This document shows positions 46,730 through 56,654 of a DNA stretch of 64,000 bases, in pieces (the stretch's first letter is position 1; every line of letters begins with the position of its first letter). Location of the stretch: UHGV virus genome UHGV-0084588; one strand, written 5' to 3'. Both the position numbers and the translations under genes were made by a program. The DNA comes from a virus. Under the pieces are notes generated by a model. It saw only the letters and a program-made list of their open reading frames with translations. It ran no database searches and was not told the origin of the DNA.

Positions 46730-47281
46730 ATGTTCAATTTAGATAGTGACGGCGTATTCGCAAGTTGGCGCAAATACGTGCTGACTCACCACTTTCAAGG
46801 AATGTCCATACAAGAATTTCATGGAATGCCGGAATTGCGCCGCCGTGCACTAGTCCGGGAAATGTATTTAAAAGACCCGGATCTTTTCTATAAACTAGAC
46901 CCTATACCCGAGGCCGAAAAAATCCTCGAAACGGTAGAAAGTCTGGGGGAATGTTGGGCGATATTAACGTCGGGTTCGGAAGACCATTTCGATCACGACC
47001 GTGTTGTTGAGTGTAAAAAATTATTCTTCGAGAAACACTTTGGTGTGCCTGGTCACAAAGTTATCGTAACTACAAACTCTGCGGAAAAAGCGACTTACGC
47101 TGATAAAGGGAGATTGTTAGTGGATGACTATGGCCGGAATTGCCGTGAGTGGGTGTTAAAGAACGGGACCGCGATTTATACGCGAACGGATGAACCTGAC
47201 GTCGAAGCAGTTTGTCGGCAGCTCAGAACATTCGCAGAAAATCCCTTCGAATACTCAGGTCAGATTTTGTGCGTGCAGTAA
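46730..47281 (+). CDS. possible HAD-family 5'(3')-deoxyribonucleotidase
   Basis: N-terminal MFNLDSDGVFASW matches the DxDGV motif I of HAD nucleotidases; later LLVDDYGRN is DD-motif-like. Confidence 0.5.
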   Translation: MFNLDSDGVFASWRKYVLTHHFQGMSIQEFHGMPELRRRALVREMYLKDPDLFYKLDPIPEAEKILETVESLGECWAILTSGSEDHFDHDRVVECKKLFFEKHFGVPGHKVIVTTNSAEKATYADKGRLLVDDYGRNCREWVLKNGTAIYTRTDEPDVEAVCRQLRTFAENPFEYSGQILCVQ

Positions 47282-47290
47282 AACCTTTCG

Positions 47291-47330
47291 GCTAGTCTAT
47301 TCGATGAATAGACTAGCCCACCTTTATTTT
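47291..47330 (+). terminator. intrinsic terminator
   Basis: GGCTAGTCTATTC-gatg-AATAGACTAGCC hairpin followed by CACCTTTATTTT. Confidence 0.55.
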
Positions 47331-47350
47331 AACCGTATTGAAAATTATCT

Positions 47351-47375
47351 TAGATATATTTTACTTAGGTGAGCG
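47351..47375 (+). promoter_or_regulatory. candidate phage promoter, variant motif TAGATATATTTTAC-TTAGGTGAG
   Basis: Looser relative of the GATAGATATTATCC-GTGAGA motif; lies between a terminator and the 47426 start. Confidence 0.25.
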
Positions 47376-47425
47376 TTGTAGAATTACACGCTATTCGACT
47401 GTTTAACCTAAAGGAGTATTAAAAA

Positions 47426-47815
47426 ATGAAAAACGAATTATTTAAAGACCCGTTTGTTGTATTAATGATTTCTACTCGTGCAGTCATGCGTCCAGATGAC
47501 CTGGAACGATTAATTACAGATGAAACTTATCTGTGCGAGCAGCGTGACAAACTACTGAACAAAGAATGTCCTTGCGAAAGTATTGGACGTCTAGTGGCTA
47601 TTTTCCGTAACCCCGAGTGGCGTAGAAGTAATGAATTGTCTGATATCTTGAGTGTTTCGCTTGCGAAATTGGCGATGTTGTTCTCCCTCGATAAAGACCT
47701 CAAACAATGTCTTTCTACGTCAGAGCGCATCGAACTGTTTGAAGGTATTCGAGAATCAGTTAAACAAATTAATGCCATCAGAAACAATTGGGTGTTTTCT
47801 AGCGTAGGTAGCTAA
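47426..47815 (+). CDS. hypothetical protein, first of a tandem paralog pair
   Basis: 129-aa ORF; shares DPF(V/T)...NPEWRR / SPKWRE segments with the next ORF. Confidence 0.45.
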   Translation: MKNELFKDPFVVLMISTRAVMRPDDLERLITDETYLCEQRDKLLNKECPCESIGRLVAIFRNPEWRRSNELSDILSVSLAKLAMLFSLDKDLKQCLSTSERIELFEGIRESVKQINAIRNNWVFSSVGS

Positions 47816-47816
47816 A

Positions 47817-48206
47817 ATGGAATGGTCAAAAGAACTTATTGATATTTGTCGTGACCCTTTTACCTTATGGATTCTGTGTAGCTTACGTCGCGATGATAGA
47901 TTCTATACTTTCGTAACAGACCCTCAAGCTCTTGAGCTCCATGTAAAACGCGTTGAGGCGCATTTAGAAGCGTTAAAAGAGGAAAGTAATACCATTGGAC
48001 CTAAAGATGCATTTCTGTGCCGTATGGCGTCTCCTAAGTGGCGTGAAGCGCATCAGCTAAAAGCATCTACGCTCCCGGATATGGTGCAAGAACTTGCAAG
48101 GGCAATAAGCACCGACCATATCCTTTATCGAAACATTATCCAAGAACCTGACGATTGGAAAAACCATCGTATTCTGTTGGCACGCTGTCAGTTCACATTC
48201 TCTTAA
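47817..48206 (+). CDS. hypothetical protein, second of a tandem paralog pair
   Basis: 129-aa ORF of identical length starting 1 nt after the upstream stop. Confidence 0.45.
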   Translation: MEWSKELIDICRDPFTLWILCSLRRDDRFYTFVTDPQALELHVKRVEAHLEALKEESNTIGPKDAFLCRMASPKWREAHQLKASTLPDMVQELARAISTDHILYRNIIQEPDDWKNHRILLARCQFTFS

Positions 48207-48227
48207 TCGACTTGTAAGGTATTATCA

Positions 48228-48899
48228 ATGGAAGCTACTGAAATTAATAAATTCTGGGAACGTGTACTTAGCCACTTCCGCGATTTCTATCGCTATACCG
48301 ATAGCGCACACCGACTAGACCACATTCTTTCTGTGAAGTCGAACGCTGTTCGTATCGCTTACCTGTTGAATGAAACACAGCACTTAAAGAATGTTCTGGT
48401 TGCCGTAGCAGCACACGACATTTTCTCCACACCTGCTGACCGTGCTTCTCACCACATCAAAGCATTCAATTACGTGCTTGATTCTGCACCTATCCTCAGA
48501 CGTCGCTTTAAACTTAGTTCCGACGATGTAACCGAGGTAGCGTATGCAGTATTAGAACATCGGAGTTCCCACAAAGGTGGTTATAATTCCATTGTTTCTG
48601 AAATTGTCGCTGCCGCCGATCGTGGTATCCCTACCATCGAAGAAGTTAAAAATTACATGCACCGCTCTTACTTATACGCACGTGACCATGGAAAATCCGT
48701 TACCGATTCAAAGTTCCATGCAATCAGTCACGTGCAAAATAAGTTCGGTCGTAATGGCAAATCTCGTGTTCCTGATTGGTATAACGCATTGTTTGCGAAA
48801 GAAATCTTGGAACGCCAAGAGTACGTTGAAATGCTCGACTTAGCGTATTTCACCGACGAAATCATCACTGGCTTAGAAAGCCGTCTTCAACAACAGTAA
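48228..48899 (+). CDS. possible HD-domain phosphohydrolase
   Basis: H...HD...H...D pattern: SAHRLDHILSV, VAAHDIFS, VLEHR, AAADRG. Confidence 0.5.
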   Translation: MEATEINKFWERVLSHFRDFYRYTDSAHRLDHILSVKSNAVRIAYLLNETQHLKNVLVAVAAHDIFSTPADRASHHIKAFNYVLDSAPILRRRFKLSSDDVTEVAYAVLEHRSSHKGGYNSIVSEIVAAADRGIPTIEEVKNYMHRSYLYARDHGKSVTDSKFHAISHVQNKFGRNGKSRVPDWYNALFAKEILERQEYVEMLDLAYFTDEIITGLESRLQQQ

Positions 48900-48918
48900 A
48901 CCTTAAGGAATAAATCAA

Positions 48919-49401
48919 ATGGCACAAGTAATGTCTACTAAAGAACTGGCTGCAATGATCGATGCGCTGGAAACTCCAGCAATGGCTCTTGACGAAAGCG
49001 CTCTGCTTAACGCAGACCCGTTAATCAAAATCTACGAAGAATCACTTCCGGTCATCAAAGTGAACGACACCGATTATCGTCTGACGCTACAAGATGCGGA
49101 TGCGGTTCGCCAACACGATGCAAACTTCCTGGAAGTCTACGGTAAGGTTGCGTCAGAACTTATCGTTGAGAAAGCGAAAGCAGACGACGAACTGGTCGCA
49201 CTAGACCTTACCACGAATATTGGTAACGCGTCGTTCTCTACGGTGTTCTCACGTCCAACTGGGGAAACAGTAGGGGCGTCTGAATGGGCAGCTTCTATCG
49301 GCTTTGGTTACGGTGTACCTAAGTCAAAAGAGCTGGAAGGGAAAATGCGCAAAGTGTTTGCCGATGCGATGATGGCGGGCGATGACGAAGACGACGAATA
49401 A
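48919..49401 (+). CDS. hypothetical protein with acidic C-terminus
   Basis: 160-aa ORF followed by a terminator; C-terminal GDDEDDE. Confidence 0.5.
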   Translation: MAQVMSTKELAAMIDALETPAMALDESALLNADPLIKIYEESLPVIKVNDTDYRLTLQDADAVRQHDANFLEVYGKVASELIVEKAKADDELVALDLTTNIGNASFSTVFSRPTGETVGASEWAASIGFGYGVPKSKELEGKMRKVFADAMMAGDDEDDE

Positions 49402-49419
49402 GATCGGCATCATTTCAGG

Positions 49420-49445
49420 AGCCCGACTATATCGGGCTTTTGTTC
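49420..49445 (+). terminator. intrinsic terminator
   Basis: AGCCCGA-ctatat-TCGGGCT hairpin followed by TTTTGTT. Confidence 0.45.
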
Positions 49446-49561
49446 CTGAAGAGAAAATCAATCCTACGAAATGGCAACAACCTCTTTCTCGGAAGCCAGG
49501 ACCACCTAGACCGATCGATGGTCTGGTTTACCTGAGCCACCGACGGAGAAAATAAAATCTA

Positions 49562-49593
49562 GGGCGGTCTTATGACCGCCTTATTTTTTTTTG
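49562..49593 (+). terminator. intrinsic terminator
   Basis: GGCGGTC-ttat-GACCGCC hairpin followed by TTATTTTTTTTT. Confidence 0.6.
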
Positions 49594-49611
49594 ATTTCAG
49601 GAGATAAAACA

Positions 49612-50169
49612 ATGCAAAACTTATTCGATGGTTATCCCATGGCTCAAGAAAAGCCGAATACAGAACGGGCTGTCGCGCTTCCTAACGTCATGAACCGTAC
49701 AGAAGTCATTAGTCATCTTAACCAGATCGGTGAAATCTTTACGTTGTCTATGCAAGCCACTTTAGGTGATGCGTTTCCACACATTGCGGGCTGGCCTGCT
49801 GAAACGATCCCACACACTATCAACGGCTACCAGCGTTTCTTAACCGAAATACGTAGCAGTTCTGTCGGTAATGTCGTCGCCGGTTACGTTATCCGTTTCA
49901 AACAACTCTTACGGATTGAGTTCGGTGAAGATGTATTAGAAGCTTTGGAATCTGAATTGGTTAGCTTGCACAACAACGAAATTATACGTAACGAAAAAGG
50001 AAATGGCGACACAGAACTAACACTGTGGCGTGTTGCTTATCCCAGCGACACCACCAACACGCCACCCACCACGTTCGATTTACTCTCTACGTTCCTGCTG
50101 TTAATGCAGATGAAAAACTTAATTATTCGTTCTTCTGCCCGTAAACAACTGGCGCAAGAAGAAAAATAA
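49612..50169 (+). CDS. hypothetical protein
   Basis: ATG at 49612 after CAGGAGATAAAACA preferred over the TTG at 49591. Confidence 0.5.
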   Translation: MQNLFDGYPMAQEKPNTERAVALPNVMNRTEVISHLNQIGEIFTLSMQATLGDAFPHIAGWPAETIPHTINGYQRFLTEIRSSSVGNVVAGYVIRFKQLLRIEFGEDVLEALESELVSLHNNEIIRNEKGNGDTELTLWRVAYPSDTTNTPPTTFDLLSTFLLLMQMKNLIIRSSARKQLAQEEK

Positions 50170-50173
50170 AAGC

Positions 50174-50214
50174 TACCTACCTCCATGACGGAGGTAGGTA
50201 AACTTATTTTTTTT
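50174..50214. terminator. bidirectional intrinsic terminator between convergent genes
   Basis: CTACCTACCTCC-atgac-GGAGGTAGGTA hairpin with T-rich runs on both sides. Confidence 0.6.
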
Positions 50215-50217
50215 TGC

Positions 50218-51093
50218 TTAACGAAGCTGATTTGCCATCTGTTCGTCGGACACAGAACGATAACCGCCAGCCGTAGCATCGACGTCTGGGTTGATACCGT
50301 TGGTCTGTTGAGACGGAGTAAGCCACAGTTTGCGTTCGTAAGGACGCAGACCGTAAAGCTTCATGCGCTCCAGTTCTTTCTGAGCTGCCTGCATCGGGCC
50401 CCAACCTGTCCATTGCTGGGAGGTGAAGGTGATGGACAGTTCGTTGGTCTGAGGACCGGTGTTCGGGTCACGTTCACCGATATCCTGACCGTTAGATTCA
50501 GGAGCCATGTTCGTCAGCCACCAAGCGTTCTGCGGTTTACGCTGATACGCATCCGGTTCGAAATACAGCACGGTCATGCTGTACATATCCGGCAGGTGAT
50601 CTGGCACGTTCGGGTTGATTGCCGCCAGACCAGGGTGGCCTGTGTGCGGATCACAAACACCGTAAACCAACCACGCCCAGAGCATGTTCTGATACACTTT
50701 ACCCAGTTTATCCGGGGTAGTGTGTGTAACAGAAGACAGTGCTTCCGTTACCAGACCAGCTTCGTACTGAACGCGGTTGTTACGTCCCTGCTGGGTCTGT
50801 ACGTACTCAGCACTCAGGGATTTGTCCAGACCGGTAATCGTGGTGTGAACCTCGATGAACGATTTGATTGCCTGACGCCACAGTTGTGGGTTCGGCATGT
50901 AATCAACCCAACGAGGGAATTCCATCACACGTGCGATTACGTTACGACGCAGACGGTGGGCGTTGGTAACGAACTTACCAACCTGGCCGACCGGACCGTT
51001 TTGACCAGACGAGAAGGGGTTAACCATATCGTACTGGCCACCATCGACGTGGAGGCCCTGGTCAGGTAAAATCATGCGTTCTTTGATAGACAT
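50218..51093 (-). CDS. hypothetical structural protein, possibly tail tube
   Basis: 291-aa ORF directly downstream of the 685-aa ORF; functional guess rests on size and order only. Confidence 0.45.
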   Translation of the reverse strand: MSIKERMILPDQGLHVDGGQYDMVNPFSSGQNGPVGQVGKFVTNAHRLRRNVIARVMEFPRWVDYMPNPQLWRQAIKSFIEVHTTITGLDKSLSAEYVQTQQGRNNRVQYEAGLVTEALSSVTHTTPDKLGKVYQNMLWAWLVYGVCDPHTGHPGLAAINPNVPDHLPDMYSMTVLYFEPDAYQRKPQNAWWLTNMAPESNGQDIGERDPNTGPQTNELSITFTSQQWTGWGPMQAAQKELERMKLYGLRPYERKLWLTPSQQTNGINPDVDATAGGYRSVSDEQMANQLR

Positions 51094-51096
51094 CTA

Positions 51097-53154
51097 TTAG
51101 ACCTCCGTACTGTTGCGACGATAAACTTTGATCGTCGTGTTGAACTGCGACAACAGTACACCGCCTTCAGCTTTAATATCCAGCGTGATAGAGTAGCCGT
51201 TGGCTTTATCGTCCGCTGTCATATACGCACTCGGGGTAATGTCGGCAATATTATCCAGGCGACCTTCCAAACGCTCGGTGATTTTGTTTTCAATCATTTT
51301 CGCGCGTTCGTCGTCCGTCATACGGCTTTCACCGGACATATCTGCCCAAACCTGATCACTGACGCGATAAACGTAAGTCAGGATAAAGTTAAACAGTGCA
51401 TTGTTCAGCACTGAACGCTCTTCGCTATAGATGGACTGGATAGCTGGGATGAACAAACGATAGTAGTCGCGGGAACGTGCGGTAACCAGGGACACATCCC
51501 AGTCGGATGCGTAAACCTCATTACCTTTCCACGGCATACTCAGATCGTACAGATCTTCGATGATCGTCTCTTCACCACGGCTGAAACGATACGCCGGTTT
51601 TGCACGTCCTTCACCGGAACCGAGATACTTCGAGAAGAAGTTCGCAATGCTATAACACATCGGAACCGGTTTCTTGTAGCTCGAGTTACGGATGAATGCA
51701 GACTGGCCAGTAATCATACCACGGCACGCTGGGGTACCGTAATAGGACGACTCAGGCACAGACGTAATCATTTCGATCAGCGCTGTCTTCACGTTCTCTT
51801 CGGTTTGTAGGTCATTACGACCTTCGTTATAAACGTGAGTACAGAGTGTCAGGAACGTGTTGCGAGAACGACCAATGAAATTGGTCAGCACTTTCTTGGT
51901 ATCCATGCTAAAGCCGGAGTCCCAGAAACAGCCTAACGAATATTTCAGTTCGTTATCGTAACGGACTTTACCGCCGTCCGGGAACTGGCTCATCTCACGA
52001 CGCACAAGTTTGTCGTAAGCATCATTACCCATCGTCCCGTCACTACCGCCCTGCAGATAGTGAATGTTAGAAGCAGAAAAGACAACTTTACCCACTTCAT
52101 CAGATGGGCTAACTTGCAGACCATCGTACATTTGACCGGTTAAATCCAGACCGCCGAAGATATCAACCATATACGGATCGGTGATCGCTGGTTTCGCATT
52201 CTGAATTTTAGACTGTGCCAGTTTCAGAACAGTTTCCAGGTTTTCACGGTAAATGTAGAACTCTTCGAAAGGACCGTAGTCCGGCAGACCGCCGATGTCT
52301 GGCATCGTCTGACGATAGGCATCTGGAACAACGACTTCGAAGTCCAGTTGGGTAGCCATCGGCTGATAGTATGCATCGGGCTTGAAGCTAACATTGATGC
52401 TGCTAAGACCTTTAAGGGTCTTCCAAATTACCGGCGATGTAACCCCTGCTAAGGTTTCAAACCATTGCAGTGCGTACATACGTCCACCTACGTTGGTCTG
52501 ATAAGCAGACGCGATAGATGGGCTGGATTTTTCGTTCAGCGGAACCAGTTTAAAACCGAAACCGTTGACATCAGCACCCGCGTACGGGCCTTTAATGTCG
52601 AAGATCGGATAGAGCTTTGATTTCGTGCTGCTGGTTTCGTCGGTCATTGTCCCTTCAGTAACCACACCTTTTTTCAGGGTGCTTACATCTTCGACAACTT
52701 GCAGACGGAAAACCACTTTCAAGCCATCAACGTCTTCTTTCTTCTTCGGCTTACCATTACTTTCGTACTGGATAATGCCGTTCACACGCTCGTATGAAGG
52801 AACTTTGGTTTCGAGGACGTCAGCCACCAGACGGATAGCTGCGGTTTTCGCATCATCCGGTACCAGACGCTGATACATACACTCGTTACCATTGGCATTA
52901 AACATCGCCTGGAAGGGTGTGTTGAACGTCGCGTAATCGCCACGCAGGTCGAACAAATCACGACCAAGCAGAGACAATGCATTATCCCCGGATAACGGGA
53001 ACGCCTCGTCGTCTACCCCGCGTGATGCAAAGGTGAAGATCAGCGGCTTATGAATCGGATCACCCGTGGGGGTCCGGACAAGCTCAGGGACAGAGTTATC
53101 CTGCCACCCTTGCTTGTTATTCAATGGCGCGCCGTTTCGTGGAATAAAACTCAT
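51097..53154 (-). CDS. hypothetical structural protein, possibly tail sheath
   Basis: 685-aa ORF followed by a roughly 290-aa ORF, the usual sheath-then-tube arrangement; no diagnostic motif. Confidence 0.45.
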   Translation of the reverse strand: MSFIPRNGAPLNNKQGWQDNSVPELVRTPTGDPIHKPLIFTFASRGVDDEAFPLSGDNALSLLGRDLFDLRGDYATFNTPFQAMFNANGNECMYQRLVPDDAKTAAIRLVADVLETKVPSYERVNGIIQYESNGKPKKKEDVDGLKVVFRLQVVEDVSTLKKGVVTEGTMTDETSSTKSKLYPIFDIKGPYAGADVNGFGFKLVPLNEKSSPSIASAYQTNVGGRMYALQWFETLAGVTSPVIWKTLKGLSSINVSFKPDAYYQPMATQLDFEVVVPDAYRQTMPDIGGLPDYGPFEEFYIYRENLETVLKLAQSKIQNAKPAITDPYMVDIFGGLDLTGQMYDGLQVSPSDEVGKVVFSASNIHYLQGGSDGTMGNDAYDKLVRREMSQFPDGGKVRYDNELKYSLGCFWDSGFSMDTKKVLTNFIGRSRNTFLTLCTHVYNEGRNDLQTEENVKTALIEMITSVPESSYYGTPACRGMITGQSAFIRNSSYKKPVPMCYSIANFFSKYLGSGEGRAKPAYRFSRGEETIIEDLYDLSMPWKGNEVYASDWDVSLVTARSRDYYRLFIPAIQSIYSEERSVLNNALFNFILTYVYRVSDQVWADMSGESRMTDDERAKMIENKITERLEGRLDNIADITPSAYMTADDKANGYSITLDIKAEGGVLLSQFNTTIKVYRRNSTEV

Positions 53155-53216
53155 GGAACGTCTCCATATTCAGTCTTTAAGACCTTGAAAAAGGGTCATA
53201 CTAAGGTATCATACTC

Positions 53217-54125
53217 ATGGCACTCAAAAACGCTTACAACGGTACTCCGTTTAATACCATAGACCTTACCCGCTTACACGCGGATTTGGAACTGGCGCGT
53301 AAAGTCAATCAGACCGTTGCACAGTCTGACGAAGTACATTACGTTATCGAAACCGCCGATGTAAAACCGTTCCCGTTACCGATCGTCATCGGTGATGACG
53401 TGTACGTTGACGCACGAACATTCACTACGCTCGACAAAAACGGCGTACTGAAAATCCGTAACCCCATTGAGCACCAATTACGTCTCGACGAAGCACGTTG
53501 GGAATTAGTGTGGAAACGGAACAATGATAAGCTCGGTACATTAATGTCACGTATGTCTTATCACCATGAGATCTTCAGCAGGTGGATTAGCGATGCAATT
53601 GAACACACCTACGCACTTGCTCCATATCAAAGCGGTCAAGTCAAGGCACTCGCTGCCCTGTTTTCCGTAGGACAGTTCTACAACAACTTCGAAGATGAAG
53701 TTAAAATGTTAAGAATGCAGCAGCAGTTAGAGCGTGAACTTCGCCTCGGACCACAGATTTTTGAAACCGTTACCGGAAACACAGAGTTCCTGTTCCCACG
53801 CAATATCGGTGAATTCGTCGAGATGGTAAAAGCTGCAGACATTACCGCACGCTTAAAAGATCTCAGCGTAGTAAGTTTGCAAGGTATGCTGGCAACGAGC
53901 TTGGGTAGTTTTATTAGCTACGATCGTCAACTTGTTACCAGCGCTATCGAATACCCGCCGTCTCTCTTTGTTATTACCCGCACTTGCTTAGAGAACGTGG
54001 TATTCAACCGCTCCCGTTTAGGTGGGCTAATTAAGAAATGTGACGTGGCAAAACGTAAAGACGCTTTTATCATGGCATACGACACATTACTTAACCAAAA
54101 CACCAAACCGATAAACAACCAGTAA
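53217..54125 (+). CDS. hypothetical protein
   Basis: 302-aa ORF transcribed divergently from the 685-aa gene. Confidence 0.5.
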   Translation: MALKNAYNGTPFNTIDLTRLHADLELARKVNQTVAQSDEVHYVIETADVKPFPLPIVIGDDVYVDARTFTTLDKNGVLKIRNPIEHQLRLDEARWELVWKRNNDKLGTLMSRMSYHHEIFSRWISDAIEHTYALAPYQSGQVKALAALFSVGQFYNNFEDEVKMLRMQQQLERELRLGPQIFETVTGNTEFLFPRNIGEFVEMVKAADITARLKDLSVVSLQGMLATSLGSFISYDRQLVTSAIEYPPSLFVITRTCLENVVFNRSRLGGLIKKCDVAKRKDAFIMAYDTLLNQNTKPINNQ

Positions 54126-54135
54126 GAGGTCCACT

Positions 54136-56652
54136 ATGGAGAACTGGCTGGTCGCCCACGCCATCCAAAAAGCGTGGCAGCGTCCATATCTCGACGGGGT
54201 GCTCAACATCGCACCCTTCCGTCTTTCACCCAAGACCGGGGCGATCGGCTTTTTCAAACACGGTCGGATTCCGGTCGCTTTACCGAAAGAAAATTCGTGG
54301 TGGCACGCCTATGCGGTGGATAAACTTCATGTAAACTGGGGGAATTTTGCTATTCCCCTAAACCGTTGGAAGAAACTTTCCACCTGCGTAAACGGTTTTA
54401 GCACCTGGATACAAGTCTATAACGAAAACGGAACGACAATTCCTTCCGAATACGTTTATTTCTACCGTAACAGTGCAGGAATGGTTTACATGGCTATTCC
54501 GCAATCCGATCGGTATGCCTGGTTGGACAACGATCCCTGTTACCTGCGAATTTATCCTGGTTACAGCGGGGGTGAGAACGCACCGTACATCAACCCAACA
54601 ACGGTTGAGTTTTATTCACCGCCGAATCGGGAACAAGTTCAAAAAGTTATTGACCGGTTCAACTACCTGAAACAACAAAACAAAGGGTATGTTGAGTTCT
54701 GGTTAAACGGAGAACTGGTTGATTCTCCAAAACCTGCGGATATTAAAACGTGGGACGATATCGACATTCGCGTCGATGGTCGTGTTCGCCGTGTTGTAGA
54801 ATTTCGCTGCGGCGACTTACAAACGTTTATGTCCAAACTGGATAGCAAACGAAAATACTTGCTCCATATTCCGAAAAAAGATGGCATCTGGATTTTTAAC
54901 AACGATGCAGAAATCCAGCTTTACTGGAAAGGCCGGGGGCGTTATTACCATCGGCACCGACACCAGGCACTGCGTCAGCTAACATGGAACGATTTATCAA
55001 TCCCGACTGAACGTATTGCAAAATACCGCAACGTTTTTAGTGGCTCAATCACCGACCTGGACGATTTGATCATCAGGCTGATTATTCGCGACGACTATCT
55101 GGATATTGCGCCGTTGTTTAACTCGGCACACATACACGATTTATACCGATTATCAGATGACCTGATTATCGACGCGATGATCGGCGCGAATGCAAACGTA
55201 ACGGAGTGGCAAGCCGCTAATCTGGAACAAGCTGCTTTTAACCGACTAGCAGCTGCTAAGCTTGAGAATATTACGCGTGATTTGTGTACTGATGCCTACG
55301 GTTACAATGCTGTAAGTCGTTATGCTGCCGACACCCCTCAGCGACTTACGCTAACGGAGGGAGGATACCGCGCTACCCTACCTGCGTTACTGGCAACCAA
55401 CTCGACCGTGTACGAGTATGACGGTGACGGACTGCTGTTAGAAGCACATCAAAACCGTGGTTATGACGTTTACCAAGCACGCAACCCTAACACCAGAATT
55501 ATCGAAGCAATTGAAGGTGATAAAGACGAGGCAGTAACTATCGTTGATAACGCCGATGATTTCGAAATTCAGGAAGGCCAAAACGTTAACTTGTGGTTGC
55601 GTAAAGTTATCGATGATATCCCACGGGACGAATATCTGAAGGCAGTAGAAGGGACGGATTACACCCGTGAAGGTAATAACATTACCTGGACTGTGGACCG
55701 TACCCGTCGTCATCCTACGGTGATTTACGACGATCGCCATCTGTATTTCGAAATTGATGTGGCGGTCAGAGAAGGGGAGATTCGTATTCCTATTCTGGCC
55801 CGAAACCAAGAAGGTAATCGACGCACTCTGTGGATTCCGATGGAAACTGTTGAAGTGTGGTTAAACGGACACCCTCTGGTACACGGCATCGATTATCACG
55901 TCATTTGGCCAGAAATCGTTGTAGTCTGCAAAGCTTGGATGAGCGATTCTGATGAGAACCACATCGCGGTGCGTTGTCGTGGTGTCACTGGTGAACTTCG
56001 TGTTCCGAAACACGGTTTCGTCTCAAGCGGGCTGTTATCAAATAACAACCAATTCGATTGTCGTGACGACAAAGTTATTCGTGTCGTTGCTGGCGGTTCC
56101 TTGCTATTACGTGACGAGGTAGTGTTCCGCGAAGACAACACTGTGGGTGTCAATATTGTTGATGACGGTTATCCCTATTCTGTCGACGACCCTACAATAC
56201 CATTGCGTACGCTGGTAACGGGGAACACGTATGCACTCAGGGACGCAGCTCGTGACCTGGATAGTCGTGTAGAAAACTACATGACTAACTGGTTCCCGAC
56301 ACCACCCCCACAGAATCCTGTGCCGTTGCCGCACCTGTATCACCTTTATTCGCCTACGCTGAATAAAATCCTGTGGGACTACTTACGGGGTGTTCTCACC
56401 CTAGTGGAAGACGACCCAGATTATCGTATCTCAACAACACAGTTGGACGAAATTATGGAGCGGTATAAAGACCTGCTTCCTTTCGACCCCGCGTATATCG
56501 GTTACGATAAAGCGTTTGTCAAACTCCATCCGCATGTGAAATACCAAACCGTGGAAGTTAACGAACTCGGGTTCGCGTTTTTGGATCGCGTTAACGAGCG
56601 GTATCTGAATGGTGAAGTTCAGCTGAACCAGTATCTGAAAATCAAGGGTTAA
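54136..56652 (+). CDS. hypothetical protein, likely structural
   Basis: 838-aa ORF in a block ending with terminase; no recognisable motif. Confidence 0.55.
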   Translation: MENWLVAHAIQKAWQRPYLDGVLNIAPFRLSPKTGAIGFFKHGRIPVALPKENSWWHAYAVDKLHVNWGNFAIPLNRWKKLSTCVNGFSTWIQVYNENGTTIPSEYVYFYRNSAGMVYMAIPQSDRYAWLDNDPCYLRIYPGYSGGENAPYINPTTVEFYSPPNREQVQKVIDRFNYLKQQNKGYVEFWLNGELVDSPKPADIKTWDDIDIRVDGRVRRVVEFRCGDLQTFMSKLDSKRKYLLHIPKKDGIWIFNNDAEIQLYWKGRGRYYHRHRHQALRQLTWNDLSIPTERIAKYRNVFSGSITDLDDLIIRLIIRDDYLDIAPLFNSAHIHDLYRLSDDLIIDAMIGANANVTEWQAANLEQAAFNRLAAAKLENITRDLCTDAYGYNAVSRYAADTPQRLTLTEGGYRATLPALLATNSTVYEYDGDGLLLEAHQNRGYDVYQARNPNTRIIEAIEGDKDEAVTIVDNADDFEIQEGQNVNLWLRKVIDDIPRDEYLKAVEGTDYTREGNNITWTVDRTRRHPTVIYDDRHLYFEIDVAVREGEIRIPILARNQEGNRRTLWIPMETVEVWLNGHPLVHGIDYHVIWPEIVVVCKAWMSDSDENHIAVRCRGVTGELRVPKHGFVSSGLLSNNNQFDCRDDKVIRVVAGGSLLLRDEVVFREDNTVGVNIVDDGYPYSVDDPTIPLRTLVTGNTYALRDAARDLDSRVENYMTNWFPTPPPQNPVPLPHLYHLYSPTLNKILWDYLRGVLTLVEDDPDYRISTTQLDEIMERYKDLLPFDPAYIGYDKAFVKLHPHVKYQTVEVNELGFAFLDRVNERYLNGEVQLNQYLKIKG

Positions 56653-56654
56653 TC

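Noticed and set aside
48207-48227. GGTATTATC immediately before the start codon at 48228 as another copy of the promoter motif
   Set aside because: It matches only part of the core and sits where the ribosome-binding site should be, so it is more likely chance similarity in AT-rich leader sequence.
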